A DNA stretch of 64,000 bases from NCBI RefSeq assembly GCF_009914755.1, contig NC_060934.1. One strand, 5' to 3'. Below the pieces are notes generated by a model. It searched no databases and was not told where the DNA came from. It saw only the letters and a program-made list of their open reading frames with translations. Source of the DNA: the human T2T-CHM13v2.0 reference genome, Homo sapiens. The translations under genes were made by a program, and so were the position numbers. Numbering within the stretch: position 1 is the stretch's first letter; each line of letters starts with the position of its first letter. Below are positions 13,211 to 28,169 of the stretch, in pieces.

Positions 13211-15739
13211 ATATTGGTGAAAATGAAGAGGCAAATTATGTATCAATTTTGCACCGAGTTATCAGAAAACCAGGAGAGGGACATAGAACACACACATTCT
13301 AAGAATCTGAGGTAGTAAATGGATTCCACTCTTCAGGACTTTTCTAGTTCTTCATGGATGCACACCCAAAACCCTGGGGGTCAGCACAGCCCCAACGGAT
13401 GAGAAATCTGCATGATCTGGGAGTGCAGCTCATGGTCTTATGACCCTTTCAACAATATGATCCCTGCAGGGGCCACCTCAGAACTGAAAGTTCTGCTTAC
13501 TCTAATTATGAATATTCCTTTTCAAGCCGTGTTGTACTCTTTACTATGGAAGGACTTTAATGGGCTTGGCCTTGATCTAACCCCACCCGCCTCATATGTG
13601 AACAATGGTCCACAGGATTTCACAGGATGGAGTGCCTGCCAGGAAGAAGCCACCGTGAGCAGGTCCAGGGCACCAGTGTGGTCCATGACTGAGCCTAAGA
13701 GAGGCACCTTCCCTGGAGATGTGGAGAACTTCCAAGGAAACTCACAAAATTCCTCCACAGCTGCATAAGAAATCGTTTGTCCACCTTCTCCTCTAGGACT
13801 AAAAGATTTTTTTATCTCCCGCTGAATAGAGGAAATTAAATTTCATTCTTTATTAACACACAGCAATGTTCTGCTCAGAGAAGGCATTAAATCTTTGCTG
13901 ATTGAACAGTTGAAATAAAGACATAAAGAAATTTGTCAAGGCCATTTCACGACTTCACCAGCAACCACTTATTCTCAATTAATTCTAGACTGTATTATAA
14001 TTTCCTGTGGACATAACAACTGCCACTTAAAACCTTCCCTTTATTGCATGAACACACGCCAAAGAAAAATTTTAGCACAGAAGTCTACTCAAAATAGAAC
14101 TTGAATTTAGGATATTGGCTGCATATGACTTGGCAGAACTGATATAAAGAATTAAGGAAAGTCATGATTGTTTTTCTGTAAGAACTACCAAGATCCTTTT
14201 CTTTCCATTTTCTAGAGCCACTGTATTAGTGGATATTTGCAGCTTATAAGCACTAGATTTATAAGCAAGAACACTGAGTATTAAATATGAATTTCTATTG
14301 TTTATTCCTAGATCGATACCCATAAAGCATTGAAATTGTTTTCACATTTTGCTGCCCTTTAATTGACAATGTTGTTCACAGCTCTGTGAAAACATGGCAC
14401 TTTTTGACATTTGTAGAAATAGCAATTACCCATAGTAAGAAACGAAAAGGCCTCAGTCAGCCTGTCTCACTTAAACTATGTCCAATGACATGATCAAAAT
14501 TGCTTTAGAAACACTGTTGCTCAAGTGACTAACTATCAAAGTAATAAGCCTGAGGAAGAAAATCCATTTTTGCTGAACAAAGTAGGAGCTAAACACTATG
14601 CCAAAATCATTGCAACTAAGTAGAGCATATAGTTATCTTAAAACTCAAACGATAAAAGCAAAAACAAAGGCTTTCAGTAGCTGACTTTATCGTTCCACAT
14701 TGCCCCTTACTGAGATATAATGCAATTACAAGAATATGGTCACTTAGAAACATCCAATATATCATTAATTCCACCAAACCTGGAATGATTCTTCCTAGCA
14801 GAGCTTGCTTTCAATTAATTAAGGTACAAGCTTAGAACTAAGAGCTTATTACCTGTTTGAAATCTGCATGTCCGAATTCTACAGTTCAAGCTCTGTCACC
14901 AATTTTCAAGGCAATTCTGGCCATTTCAGTTACCTTTTCTCTAATTCATTTTTGTAACCGGAAAAAAGCGTCAAAATATTTCTAATCCATTTCCATAATC
15001 TTAAAAAAAATTAAAATATACCTCAATCTAATAGGGTTTTTTTCTAAAAATCTATCTCTCAATGTATTAGCACAGATAGTCCAACTGTAATAAAAGTGAA
15101 ATAAAGAAAAAAATTACCTCTGAATAAACATTACCATTTTTAAGTCTCTTGCAGATCTTGCCCTTTATAAAACAGGAATTACATATTTTAAGGTGTCAGA
15201 AAGATTTTTGTGTCTTGAAAATGTGGTATCATTTTGGAAAGACAAGTCCTGATAGTTTTACGTAGGTAAAAATTAGCTACTCTATTTGTTAGAGAAAATG
15301 AAATAGCATACACTCAAAAGGTGAATATTTAAAATCACTTGAAAAGTTTACAGTGATATTATAGTAATACTGAATAGATAATTTTTAAAGAAAAAATAAA
15401 ATATAACGCTTTGTTTACTTGCATATCTTATTTGCATACCTCTGTTTATTTACATATTTGCATTATCTTATGTGGAGTGAATGTGTTTTCAATTTTCAGA
15501 TTTTTCTTAATGGAGATAGGCATCAGTCAAAATATCTATATAAGCTTTATGTAGTTCTATGTGTATGCATAAAACATAAATTAATTATTTATTAGAAATG
15601 ATGACACCAGGGGAGATAGTGCCAGTCAAAGGGCTTATGACATATACATATATATATATATAGAATAGAAAAAGATGCTCCGTTAACAGTTTCTTTTTTC
15701 ATGTTCTAAGTTATTTTTATTTTTTTAATCAAATATTTA

Positions 15740-16950
15740 GAGATGGCGACATGTCAGAAGGACAGAGGAGCCATCTTGAAAGGGTTTCCATTAGCTAAAT
15801 CATGAACTTAAGCATTAGAATAAATACTGATGTTAACAGATTACATTCCGTTGAATAAAGTAGACAACCATGAGTCTACATTTGATTAAATAAACTAGTG
15901 AGGAGAAGAAAAAGTTCTTCCTTACCAATTAATAAAAACATAAAAGGAATTCTCAGATTAGAAAATTACTATTTGGCACAGAATTGTAATTAATCAAGAC
16001 AAGTAACCTCATTGGATGCTAAAATAGTGAATGAAGGTTGCATGAATGATGAGAATCTGTATGGTCCAAAAGAAGCTTGTATTAGTCCATTTTCACACTG
16101 CTGATAAAGACATGCCTGAGAGTGGGTAATTTATAATGAAAAAGAGGGGTTTAATGGAATCACAGTTCCACGTGGCTGGGGAGGCCTCACAATTGGAAGG
16201 TGAAAGGCACATCTTACATGGTGGCTGGCAAGAGAGAACGGGAGTCAAGTGAAACGGAAAACCCCTTCTAAAACTATCAGCTCTTGTGAGACGTATTCAC
16301 TACCGGAAGAACAGTATGGGGGAACCACCCTCATTACTCAATTACCTCCCACCAGGTCCCTCCCACAACACGTGGGAATTATAGGAGCTACAATTCAAAA
16401 TGAGATTAGGGTGAAGACACAGCCAAAATATATCAAATCTCCCCCAAAATATCTATTGTAACATAAAAAAAAAAAGACTAACTTTACAATGGAGAAACCT
16501 GTCAAAGTTGCCATCAGTGTGGTGGAACAAATTGACATTATTTTTCTTCTGGTAGCATGCAGTGAAGGAAGCCATCACCACCTCTGTACTTTTCTTGCCA
16601 AAAAAGCATCATCTGAATCTAATAATTAAGAAACATCTAATCATTAAGAATCTAATCATTAAGACTGGCCCCAAATCGGGGGCATTCAACATAATGACTG
16701 GCCTATAATCTCTGAAAAAGTTATGCTCCTGATGCCCAGGGGAGACTAACGGACTGTCCTGGTCTGGAGGTGGTTAATGTGCCCTGACTACCAAATGCAG
16801 TCTGGGATCCTGGGCTGGGGCTTTTTGCTGTAAAGGAGAAGAATGTAGTCCGCAGTGAGCCCCACATGGCTGAAGAGGAAATGTGGATGTGGGGTGTATA
16901 GTTTTCTATAACTTTAAGATTATCTCAAAACAAAACATTATTAAAAAGAG
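15740..16950 (+). mobile_element. L1MC4-like 3' end, interrupted by THE1
   Basis: gacatgtcagaaggacagaggagcc...ggatgctaaaatagtg, resuming after 16435 with taactttacaatggagaaacctg...catctgaatctaat. Confidence 0.75.
16078..16435 (-). mobile_element. THE1B-like MaLR solo LTR
   Basis: tgtattagtccattttcacactgctgataaagacat ... gacacagccaaaatatatca; 5-bp TSD aagct/aatct. Confidence 0.92.
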
Positions 16951-16981
16951 TTTGAGCAAGGAGACTTTTTGCCCTGCCTCC

Positions 16982-17916
16982 TGTAAACTAAAATTAAATC
17001 CTAAGGCCCCCACTGACTGTGTGGGCCCCCTCTTGGCCAAGGAGACCCCAGATAAACATTAAAACTGAGTTCCTCCCGTCATGACGGAACGGGAGGTCAG
17101 AGGACTCATTATAACACTCTCTTTTGCTGTGTAGACAAAACAACTGACCAGCATTAATGTTAAAATAGAGATCATTATAAGACTGACAGAACAGAGTCCT
17201 TTTGGCAATAAGATACCAAACTCCAAACAGGACCTAAGGCCGTGTCAGGCAACGGTTAAGTCACACAGCCCACACTTGAATAATAAACTGTGTTCTCACT
17301 GCTACAGGGTTTTAATTTTTCTCCAGCAGCTAAATAAGCCCTGGCCTGGAGACAAGCAATAGTGAAACAATTTGCAGCCCACAGATGCTGCTTAACTGAG
17401 CCCTGTTTCATCAGCCATGACCCCAGCTTTGATTGGACAAGAGACTAATTTCAGTAACTTTCTCCAGCTAAGATCATCCACCATGGACTGATTCTGGGCG
17501 GTCTACAATCTCTGTAGAGAGAACCAGAAGGCTCAGAACCACTCATGGGCCTTCGTGTCCCGAAAAGATCTTTTGACATATAGGGCCTCATTGTAATATG
17601 TTGTCTCTACCAAAAGTGAACATGGGTTGTATGTAACATGCACATTTGCCCATTAAGCATGTGTCAGCACTCCCTTCATGAATATTCATAGCTCTTCTTC
17701 TTACCTGTTGAATATGTATGTTTAGCCAATGTGTTCAGCATAAAGCTCCTGCCCAAACCTCTCCTCCTTCGAAGTGCCTGTCTCCGGCCTTGGCTGGAGG
17801 CTGTGCTCCCCAGCCTGTGAGACAGCCACCTTGTAGGCTGTAACCCTTTACAAGAAATAAAGTCTCCTCCTCTCTTTTTCTAAATTTATACACACCCAAT
17901 TTTTTTAAAATTAACT
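16982..17916 (+). mobile_element. MER4D-like ERV1 solo LTR (~935 bp)
   Basis: tgtaaactaaaattaaatcctaaggccccc...caactgaccagcattaatgttaaaatagagatc...gaaataaagtctcctc...ttaact; 4-bp TSD ctcc/ctcc. Confidence 0.88.
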
Positions 17917-18653
17917 CTCCCCAGCCCTATCTGCTCTGAATTGTATGTGGCTATGGGATTTATCTATTTCTTAGACTTTTGAAAATATTCTCTTTTTATT
18001 TTCTAATGTAATTTATATAAATATATTTTCTCTCTTATGAAATCAGTTTTGACATTTGGTATTTTGCTAGAAGTTTAGCCATGTTACCCATATTTTCAGA
18101 TATATTTGCATAGCATTTAAATCTTATAATTACTTTTCTGAGACTTTATCCCCTTTAACATATCCCTTTTTATCTTAACTAAGTGATTTATTGCTTGCTT
18201 TTATCCCAAAGATATTTGGAATATATATATTGGTCATCGCTTTTTCCACATTTGTGTTCATTAACTTTTGCTTTCATCTTTATTTCTTTCTTTCTTTCTT
18301 CTGCTTTCATTGAGTTTATCTTCCAATTTCCAAAGTCTTTAAGAATAAATATTTAATCCATTTATGACTTTTGTTTTATTAATAAAGAAAATAAAGCATT
18401 GATTGTCCTCTGGGAATTGAATTAATATAATTTCTAGATAGTTTATTATTTCTTCTATGAGTTCCTTTTTGACCTCTTGAGTTGTTTAAAGAGACATTTT
18501 CTTCCTTTCCTTCTCTTTTGAAAAATTAGCAGATGACGGTTTTATTTATTTCTAGTCTTGTTATTACCGTGTTTAGTTTGATTGCATTGTTATAGATAAA
18601 GTTGGTTATGCCATTTCTTTATTTTTGACAGTTTTTAAAATTTTCTTTATGGC

Positions 18654-19064
18654 TGTATTAGTCTATTCTTGCATTTCTATAAACACCTGAGACTGGGTAA
18701 TTCATAAGAAAAGAGGTTTAATTGGCTAGTAATTCTGCAGGCTGTACAGGCAGCATGGTGGCTTCTGCTTTTGGGGAGGCCTCAGGAAGCTTTCACTCAC
18801 GGCAGAAGGTGAAGTGGGAGCAGGCACATCACATGGCGAAAGCAGAAGCAAGAGACAGAAAGTGAGATGCCGTTCCTTTAAACAGCCAGATCTCCAGAGA
18901 ACCACTCACTATATGGTGAAGACAGCACTAACAGCATGGTGCTAAAGCATTCGTGAGAAACCCTCCCACGTGATCCAGTCACCTGCCACCAGGCTCCTCC
19001 TCTGACACCGAGTATCACAATTCAACAGGAGATTTGGGCAGGGACACAGATCCAAACCATATCA
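18654..19064 (-). mobile_element. MSTA/MSTB MaLR solo LTR
   Basis: tgtattagtctattcttgcatt ... gggacacagatccaaaccatatca; perfect 5-bp TSD atggc. Confidence 0.92.
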
Positions 19065-19089
19065 ATGGCATATATGATATAATTCTTTA

Positions 19090-19390
19090 GGCCTGGTGCA
19101 GTGGCTCATGCCTGTAATTCCAGCACTTTGGGAGGCCAAGGCAGGTGGATTACTTGAGTCCAGGAGGAGCTTGAGACCAGCCTAGGCCACATGGCAAAAA
19201 CCTATCTCTACTAAAAATAGAAAAATTAGCCAGACATGGTGGCATGTGCTTGTAGTTCCAGCTACTCAGGAGGCTGAGGCAGGAGGATCACTTGAGCCTG
19301 GGAAGTGGAGGTTGCACTGAGCCAAGATCACATCACTGCACTCCAGACTGGGCAACAGAGGCAGACCTTGTCTCCAAAAAAAAAAAAAAA
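19090..19390 (+). mobile_element. AluJ (Jb-like) with poly-A, followed by short (TG)n
   Basis: ggcctggtgcagtggctcatgcctgtaattccagc ... ggaggatcacttgagcctggga ... gaccttgtctc then an A run. Confidence 0.93.
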
Positions 19391-20317
19391 TTTTGTGTGT
19401 GTGTGTGTAGATTTTTAATAGGATTTGAAAGAAGTTGCATTCTCTAAAAAATATGTTTAATATAATCAATTTAATTTAATTTAGTATTTAAGGCCACTAT
19501 GTTTTCATCCGTTTATGACCACTTAAGCTGTCATGAAATTCAGCATCAATTAAATTCTCATAGCTAATACATTCACATCCATTTATTGTTAAATTATCTG
19601 TCCTTTTTAAAATAAGTATCAGTGATCTATGGAAATCTATAAATGCTAAATTTTCATTTCGTATTGTATTCTAATCATTACAAAGTGTCTGCCCGGGATC
19701 CTTTTAGTAGTATGTTGCCCAAACTTGCAGGATTCAGATGATTGGTTGGTGATCCCAGTTGCTTTGTAGCTGATATTGTCATGGCAATAGCTGTGGTTGT
19801 TGTTGGTATATCTAACATGCCTGTTTGCATCTCCCCATGTTTCTAACTTTTGACTTTTCTCTTTGTTTTAGATATGTCTCTTGTACAAAACATAAACTGA
19901 ATCATTTGCCAAGTGTGTTCTATATTTTGAAATCCTTATCTTTCAAACTTGCAAATGTGAGTTTTCCTTTATACATATATCAATATTTTGGATATGTTGC
20001 CTTTAATTTTTAACACTGATTTTATATTCTTTACATCATCACTTCAAGATGACTTTTTATTTGTGTTATTTTTCTTATGATGTCTTCAGAATTTCTCCTG
20101 ATAATTTGCACATTATTTCTGCTTCTCTACATGCGAAAGAATTGATATTTTTTCTTCCTTCTACTCCTCTCCCTCACTTCCACTCCAAATTTATTTTATA
20201 ATTTAATAATTGACAAAGTCATACACATGAAGCTACTGCCAAATGATGCAAAAACTCACAATCTTAATCACTACACAATACTTCCTCTGACATAATTCCA
20301 GTGCATATTTGATCTCT

Positions 20318-20540
20318 CTGTATCAATTAGACTGCTTTTGGCTGTAACATAAAGTCCTCTATCAAGGAGTTTGAGCAAAATGGAAATTTATCATCATACA
20401 TAATTTAAAAATTCAGTGACAGTAACTTCAGATGTAATCAACTTCAGTGGGTCACCAACTTCATATTCTTCTCTTCTTTTCATTTTGTGTCTTTAGCATC
20501 TCCGCCAGTCCACAGAGTAACTTTCTTCATTACACTATTG
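20318..20540 (-). mobile_element. Old MLT1-type LTR fragment
   Basis: tgtatcaattagactgcttttggctgtaac...gtttgagcaaaatggaaatttat resembles MLT1J-L ends. Confidence 0.4.
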
Positions 20541-20819
20541 GATAAACAAAGCCCTACATGAATGTAAGTTTAGAAACTGTAAGGCATATTTCAATTTCCT
20601 TATAACTTCTCTCATTAAACTTTTCTAAAAGATAATTTTTGCCATTAAAATGCATTGTAGTCATTAAAAAACATTTTAGTCATTGTTAAAGCCTTGGTTT
20701 TTTTTTATTATTTTTAGGAATAGAAATTTTTAAATATGTCATGTTAATTACAAAAGAAAACTGACAGACACGTATTTCACACTAACATATTTCCAACAAA
20801 AACATTTTATCATTGTAAG

Positions 20820-21030
20820 TAATTCCCTCGAGCCTAAAGATTACAAACTATATATAAACACATCTTAGTTTAGTAAATTTGACAGCAGGGAAGTCTTTAA
20901 CTTTTTGTTTTGGGTGGCAGAAAAATATAACAGTTATTTGTCACTTATAAATGAAGAACAGTCACGTTTTTGAGTAAGTTATTTGTCTCAACTTGATTAG
21001 TTAGCAGATATATTTTTGGTTTTGCTCCCT
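20820..21030 (+). mobile_element. Possible Charlie/hAT transposase relic
   Basis: tatttgtctcaacttgattagttagcagatatattt translates to YLSQLD*LADIF, similar to the hAT motif L..LAYLADIF. Confidence 0.4.
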
Positions 21031-21624
21031 AAAAATAAATGTTGCAATTTTTTAGCTAACATGAGGAAAAAAATTACACTACCACATAAAGTGTAAACAA
21101 AATTATTTTACATTCAAAGGATTTTCTTTGCAGCTTCCCTTTAATTAAAGCTGATCCCCTGCTTCTAGGAGAGCACACATTACTGATTTAACACATTCCT
21201 TGATCAAAAAGAAGTTTAAATTATTTTGTACTTACTTTACTATTTAAAAGAGGAAAGCATACTTTTTTTTTTTTTTAATTTCTCACAGGCTTCATATCCA
21301 GAAGAAAGAGGGAATCTCTGTGTCTTTTTATAGGAGTAAACAATATTTTAAAGGCTTTTTGCTAGGGGACTCAGGCTAGCCTGGAGGTTGGAACTGAACG
21401 CCTTCCCCACTGCTAGCAGGGAAGAGGGGTTTCCTTTGTTCCCATTTGAGGAGAATTTACTGCCAGTGTAGCAAGGCACCGTCATGGCTAGCAACAGTTG
21501 GTCTGGTCGCAGGTGAGCCGAGATAGTGATTGGTAACACCCTCCATCCTTAGGACACCCAGAGGGCCACGAACCCCACCACAGACGCCTTACCTGATTGC
21601 CCAGTGCTTTGTACAATTCTCTTA

Positions 21625-22083
21625 GTTTATTTTTATTTTTTAGATACTTAAGGTTTATATGATATTTTGATATATTTATCTATATATACCACAGTCAAAC
21701 AAACTAACATGCCCATCATCTCATAGAGTTTTCTTTCTCTTTCTTTGCTCCTTTTCCTTCCTTCCATCCTTCCTTCCTTCCTTCTTTTCTTTTTCTTTCT
21801 TTCTTTCTTTCTCTTTCTTTCTTTCTCTCTTTCCATCCTTCTTTCTTTCTTTCTCTTTCTTTCTTTCTCTCTTTCCATCCTTCTTTCTTTCTTTCCTTCC
21901 TTCTTTCTTTCCTTCCTTTCTTTCTTTTTCTTTCTTTCTCTTTCCTTTTTCTTTCTTTCTCTCTCCCTCTTTCTTTTTTTTTTGAGTACCTAAAATCTAC
22001 TCTCTTGGTAAAGTGCCTGCACACAATACAGTATTATTAACTACTCTCCTCATGTTGTACATTGCATCTCTAGACTTCTTCAT
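21625..22083 (-). mobile_element. L1MA-type 3' end, split by a CT microsatellite
   Basis: accacagtcaaacaaactaacatgcccatcatctcatagagtt ... ctaaaatctactctcttgg...acaatacagtattattaacta. Confidence 0.75.
21729..21983. repeat. (TTTC/TTCC)n polypyrimidine tract
   Basis: ~255 bp of almost pure C/T. Confidence 0.97.
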
Positions 22084-22709
22084 AGGCTTTGGAAGCCGAT
22101 AGTTTTGAAAGAACAGCATCATATTATTCAGCATTTCAGAGAGGCCCCCATCAAAAACGAAATGCTCTGTTAGCCTCTGGGCGTGCTGCCAGCTGAGGGC
22201 CCCAGCTGAGCACCCAGGCCATGGAAGAAAGCTGCCTTGCCCAAGCTCATGTCCCCTCCCGGCGCAGTCCACGCCTGATGTCGGCTTGATGTGGAGAACG
22301 TGACCCAGGCTCTGTCTGAATTCAGGACATCCCAGGAGGCATCTCCACGCATCGGAGCTCCCGTGGCCTAGGCTGGAGCCTCCTCGGAGGCCTCTGTGCC
22401 ACTCCCTCCCAGGGTGGGTTATCCTGAGTGCTTCCTAATAGGGGTCTGCAGAGGCAAATCCCAGCCCAGGGAGCCCAACCTCACCCGGGACTTACCCCAG
22501 AGAGCATGACAAGGTCACCTGCTCAAAAGGTAGATTCCTAAGCAAAATCAACATTGTGTTCCTGAAGAATGTGGAAAGAAATGTGGGGTAAATCACAGTG
22601 CCTGACATTTTTCTAAAAGGTGATTGGCTTTATCCTTAACATAGATTGTTAAGTCCCACAGCCTTACAAAACAAATTTCAATCACAATCTCAACGGCATT
22701 GAGTAAGTT

Positions 22710-22766
22710 TATATATATATATATATATATATATACAAGTATACATATATATACACACACACACAC
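22710..22766. repeat. (TA)n-(CA)n microsatellite
   Basis: Direct reading. Confidence 0.9.
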
Positions 22767-22769
22767 GTA

Positions 22770-23010
22770 AAATACACATGGAGTTTTGAAAACTTAGTGC
22801 AACAATTTAAAAAGGTGAAGTACCTCAATTGCTTTTTCTTATTGACTACTTGTTGAAATGCTATGTTTTTGATAGATTTGGTTAAATAAACATTACCATT
22901 ATAATTAATCTCCCCTATTTCTCTTTTTTTATTTCTTCATACGGCTAGTAGAACATTTAAAATTGCGTATTTGGCTCTTTTTTACGGCTTGCCTTTTTTT
23001 TTCTAGTGAA
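22770..23010. mobile_element. MER33-like hAT-Charlie fossil
   Basis: tattgactacttgttgaaatgctatgtttttgatagatttggttaaataaa...ggctagtagaacatttaaaattgcgtatttggctc. Confidence 0.65.
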
Positions 23011-26000
23011 AGATGGTGTATGATGCTTCTGTCTTTTATGCACTCAACATATTTGTTTCCTAAAATAAGAAAAAAAGAAGTAGCAAAAGGCATAACTCTT
23101 CAGAATGAGTCTGATATTAAAAAAAAAAAGCCATACATATTTTGTTTCTTCTACTGCTTGAAATTTCAGGTGGCAAATCCCTGGAGAATTTAATTTGTCT
23201 TCAATTAGATTTTTAATGTTCCTTTTAGTCACAATCAAAAAGACATTTTCTTAATCAGTGGTGTCTATTACAATAGTTAGGATAATGTAATTTGGCATAA
23301 TTATATGAAATTAAGATTTAGTACACTCAAGGTTTTTTCCCTCCTTGAATGAAATAAATGCAAAAAGCAAAATAACCTTGAAATCTTACATTTAACAAAA
23401 AGTCCCAAACCTATTATTCTTTCCCATTATTGAATTGATGTCTGCAGTGACAGTACTAGGAAGAATAAAATAGCAATCTAGCTTTGAGGCTATAATTTTT
23501 AATTGATGGAAGCAGGTACAGGATTTATGCAATATGATATCATCTTAAGAGATGATGGAAGTATAAAACAAGGCAAATGAAACAAACAAATAAACTGTGA
23601 AGTGCACAAAGAGAAATTTGAACTGCTTTAACTTCTAACAATCAAGCAGTTGGAATATTTGAGCTGTTACCTGATTATATTTAAGGATTTAGATGTGAAT
23701 TTAAAAAGTTCCCCAAATAAATCTCCTTGCCATCTCTCAAGTCAGCAGCATTCTGAGAGCTAAGCTGGAAACACACAAAACACATAGCCTGGTTTAATAA
23801 TAGCTAGACTGTGGAAGAAGAAAACTCCTTCACTCTGGCAGGCTAACAAAGTTGATTTAATTTAGCTCTCTTAATTGCTTCATATTGTGAATTTCAACAT
23901 GCCATGTGTAACAGCTTTCTTTCTAGTGATTTTCTTGTAGAAGTCGTTGTTCCCATTAGGTTTTGAGGTATTTTTCTCTTCATTTCTTATTCTCAAAGGT
24001 ACTGACTTTATGCTCACTTAAAATTGAATGATTAATGACTCTGTTAGCTACATGATACAATTTTAAAAGAATAAGCCCAAACCACTTAACTAAAATAAAT
24101 AAGGTTTTTTGTTCATTAACATTAACATAGTATGGTCATAAACTGCCCAATTCCTAAATCACTCTTTATTTCCACTTGGCTTAAAATTATTTTTGCCTAT
24201 TTAATTTATTATTAGGGAAATTAAACACACACACATTTTTTTCTTGAGCACTCATAATTTGAGATTCATTATGATCACTAAGCAAAAAGTTTACTTATTC
24301 AGTCATCATTGCAATGCAACTTAAAAGTCACAACAATCCCAATATAAAAATGTAACTTCATGTAATATCAAAAGACATGTTTTGTTTTATCTTAACAATT
24401 ATAGTTAATTTCCCTGCAGAGTAGATCTCCAGGACTGTCAACAGAATCCCCAAGGACATAGTCATTGGCAGTGGTGGATGCAAAACACACATTAAGATTA
24501 ATTGCAGAAGCTCTGTCTAAACAGAATGTCTTCTGATATTACTTTATAACTTCTTATATGTAATGCAACTGCCTGAACACTTGCGCTCCTTCATGTGTAT
24601 AATTCTGTTGCACACTGCTTGATTCTGTGTAGGAAACAGTTTGGGAATATTGGGGTTGGGTAAAGTGGAGTCACGCATGTATTACATGCTCATGTTTCCA
24701 TGTTTCATGCTGATGACGATAAGCCTGCACTGCATGCATCCAATGCATTGCAGATTCACTGGTAAATATATGACCAGTAATCAACACAAATATATTAAAT
24801 TGCTAGTCATTTTGAATTTTGCTTATGCTGGAATAGGGCTCGTATCCATGAATTATCCAGTTATAACGCAGCTCAGATTCTTGCCGTATGCCTTGTATGT
24901 GTGAAACACTTGCCACTTTCAATAATTTTTCACATACAGTTTCCCATTTAACATGTTTGACCAAAAAATAAACACAATATATATATTCTTGACTTAAGAC
25001 ATTGCAACTAATAGAAGCACTCAAATTATGAGAAGATTTCCAATTGGCTATCTACCTAATTCATTCAACAGATAGAAATATTATGCAAGGTAATCTGGTA
25101 TTTTAGAATGTATAAGAAGCTCTAGTTATTATCTGGATAGAATCAGGAGAATGTACTGATAGGTTTAAATGGATTAAAGACATCTTTCCTTCTTCCTTCA
25201 GACCTATAAAAAATCAAATTAAATGGAATATAATTGAATGATAAATATAATTTATCTAACATGTCCTTTTGGTCTAGCCTAATATGATAAAGTTCATTGG
25301 ATTGTTTATGAAATTTCACCTTTTATATTGAGCTTTCCAAGTGTGCTCAGAAAAACAAAAAGGTATATTTTCCAGCCTAAGTTATTAGAAAAATTTAGGA
25401 CAAATAAAATGAGGTATCATATCTACATCTCTTGCATAACACATTGACCATAGCATGGATTCATGTCTGTTTTCTCTGTTCCAAAATCACAGTGACTATT
25501 CAAACCTGAAACTCATTGCTGCTCTCAAATTATAAAAAACCTTTCAAATGGTTCTTACCAATAAATTGTAACCATATTGATCAAGCTAATGAATTTTAAC
25601 GAAAAAAATTGTCTTTCTACATTGTCACATTATAGGTTCCAAAAAGATTCTAGAAATTTTAGATTCCAAAAATTCTAAATGTTTATTTTTCAATTGTTTT
25701 CCACTCTATTTGCTCTCCTACTTTTGAGTTTTTAAATTCTTGGGTGGACAGAAGTAAATTAAAATCTCATTTTTATTTATTTATAATTAAATAATCCAAA
25801 TATATATTTTTAGGAAAGCTATTTGATGTTTAGAAAACCTTGTTAGCCTCTTAAACATGTTTTTCTTTGAAGAGACAAGCTGTCTTTTGCCAAGCACAAA
25901 TTTCAAACACCAACGGCTTCTACGTTCTCTTTGAAACACATAACGTCATTATGATAAATTCTTCTTTGGAGAAGTGAATGCATTTACCCTTCATGTGAAG

Positions 26001-26394
26001 ATGATGCTGCAACAGGGTATTTGGCCGTTTTTTTCAGATGGAGAAAGTATCATACATTCCTAATTATTTATCAGAACGATGTGAAATCAAGAAAAAGAAA
26101 ATAGAAACAGGCGACTCTGGTATTTTTTCAAACATTCAAAGTCAAAAATGTTACCTTATTGTGCGAAATATTCAATTTGACTTCATTTTGACTTCTCTCT
26201 CTATTCGTGTTCTGTGCCTGCCAGTCTCAAATCCCAAAGCACTGAGTCAGGCTAACGTGAGAAAGTGAAACATATCCACTTTATATTCCAGTTCAATTTT
26301 GTTTTAACATGATCTGATGAAAAACTTACGAGACCAAGGTATTAATGAAACTCTAACATTAGTTATTTTTTAATCACCTAATTTTTAGTTATTT

Positions 26395-28150
<1,756 letters not shown>

Positions 28151-28169
28151 TACTACTTTTTTTAAAAAA

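Noticed and set aside
16618-16665. Short tandem atctaatcattaaga repeats
   Set aside because: Minor slippage duplication inside an L1MC fossil
21648-22024. Lys/Glu/Arg-rich and Phe/Leu/Ser-rich ORFs
   Set aside because: Translations of the CT microsatellite
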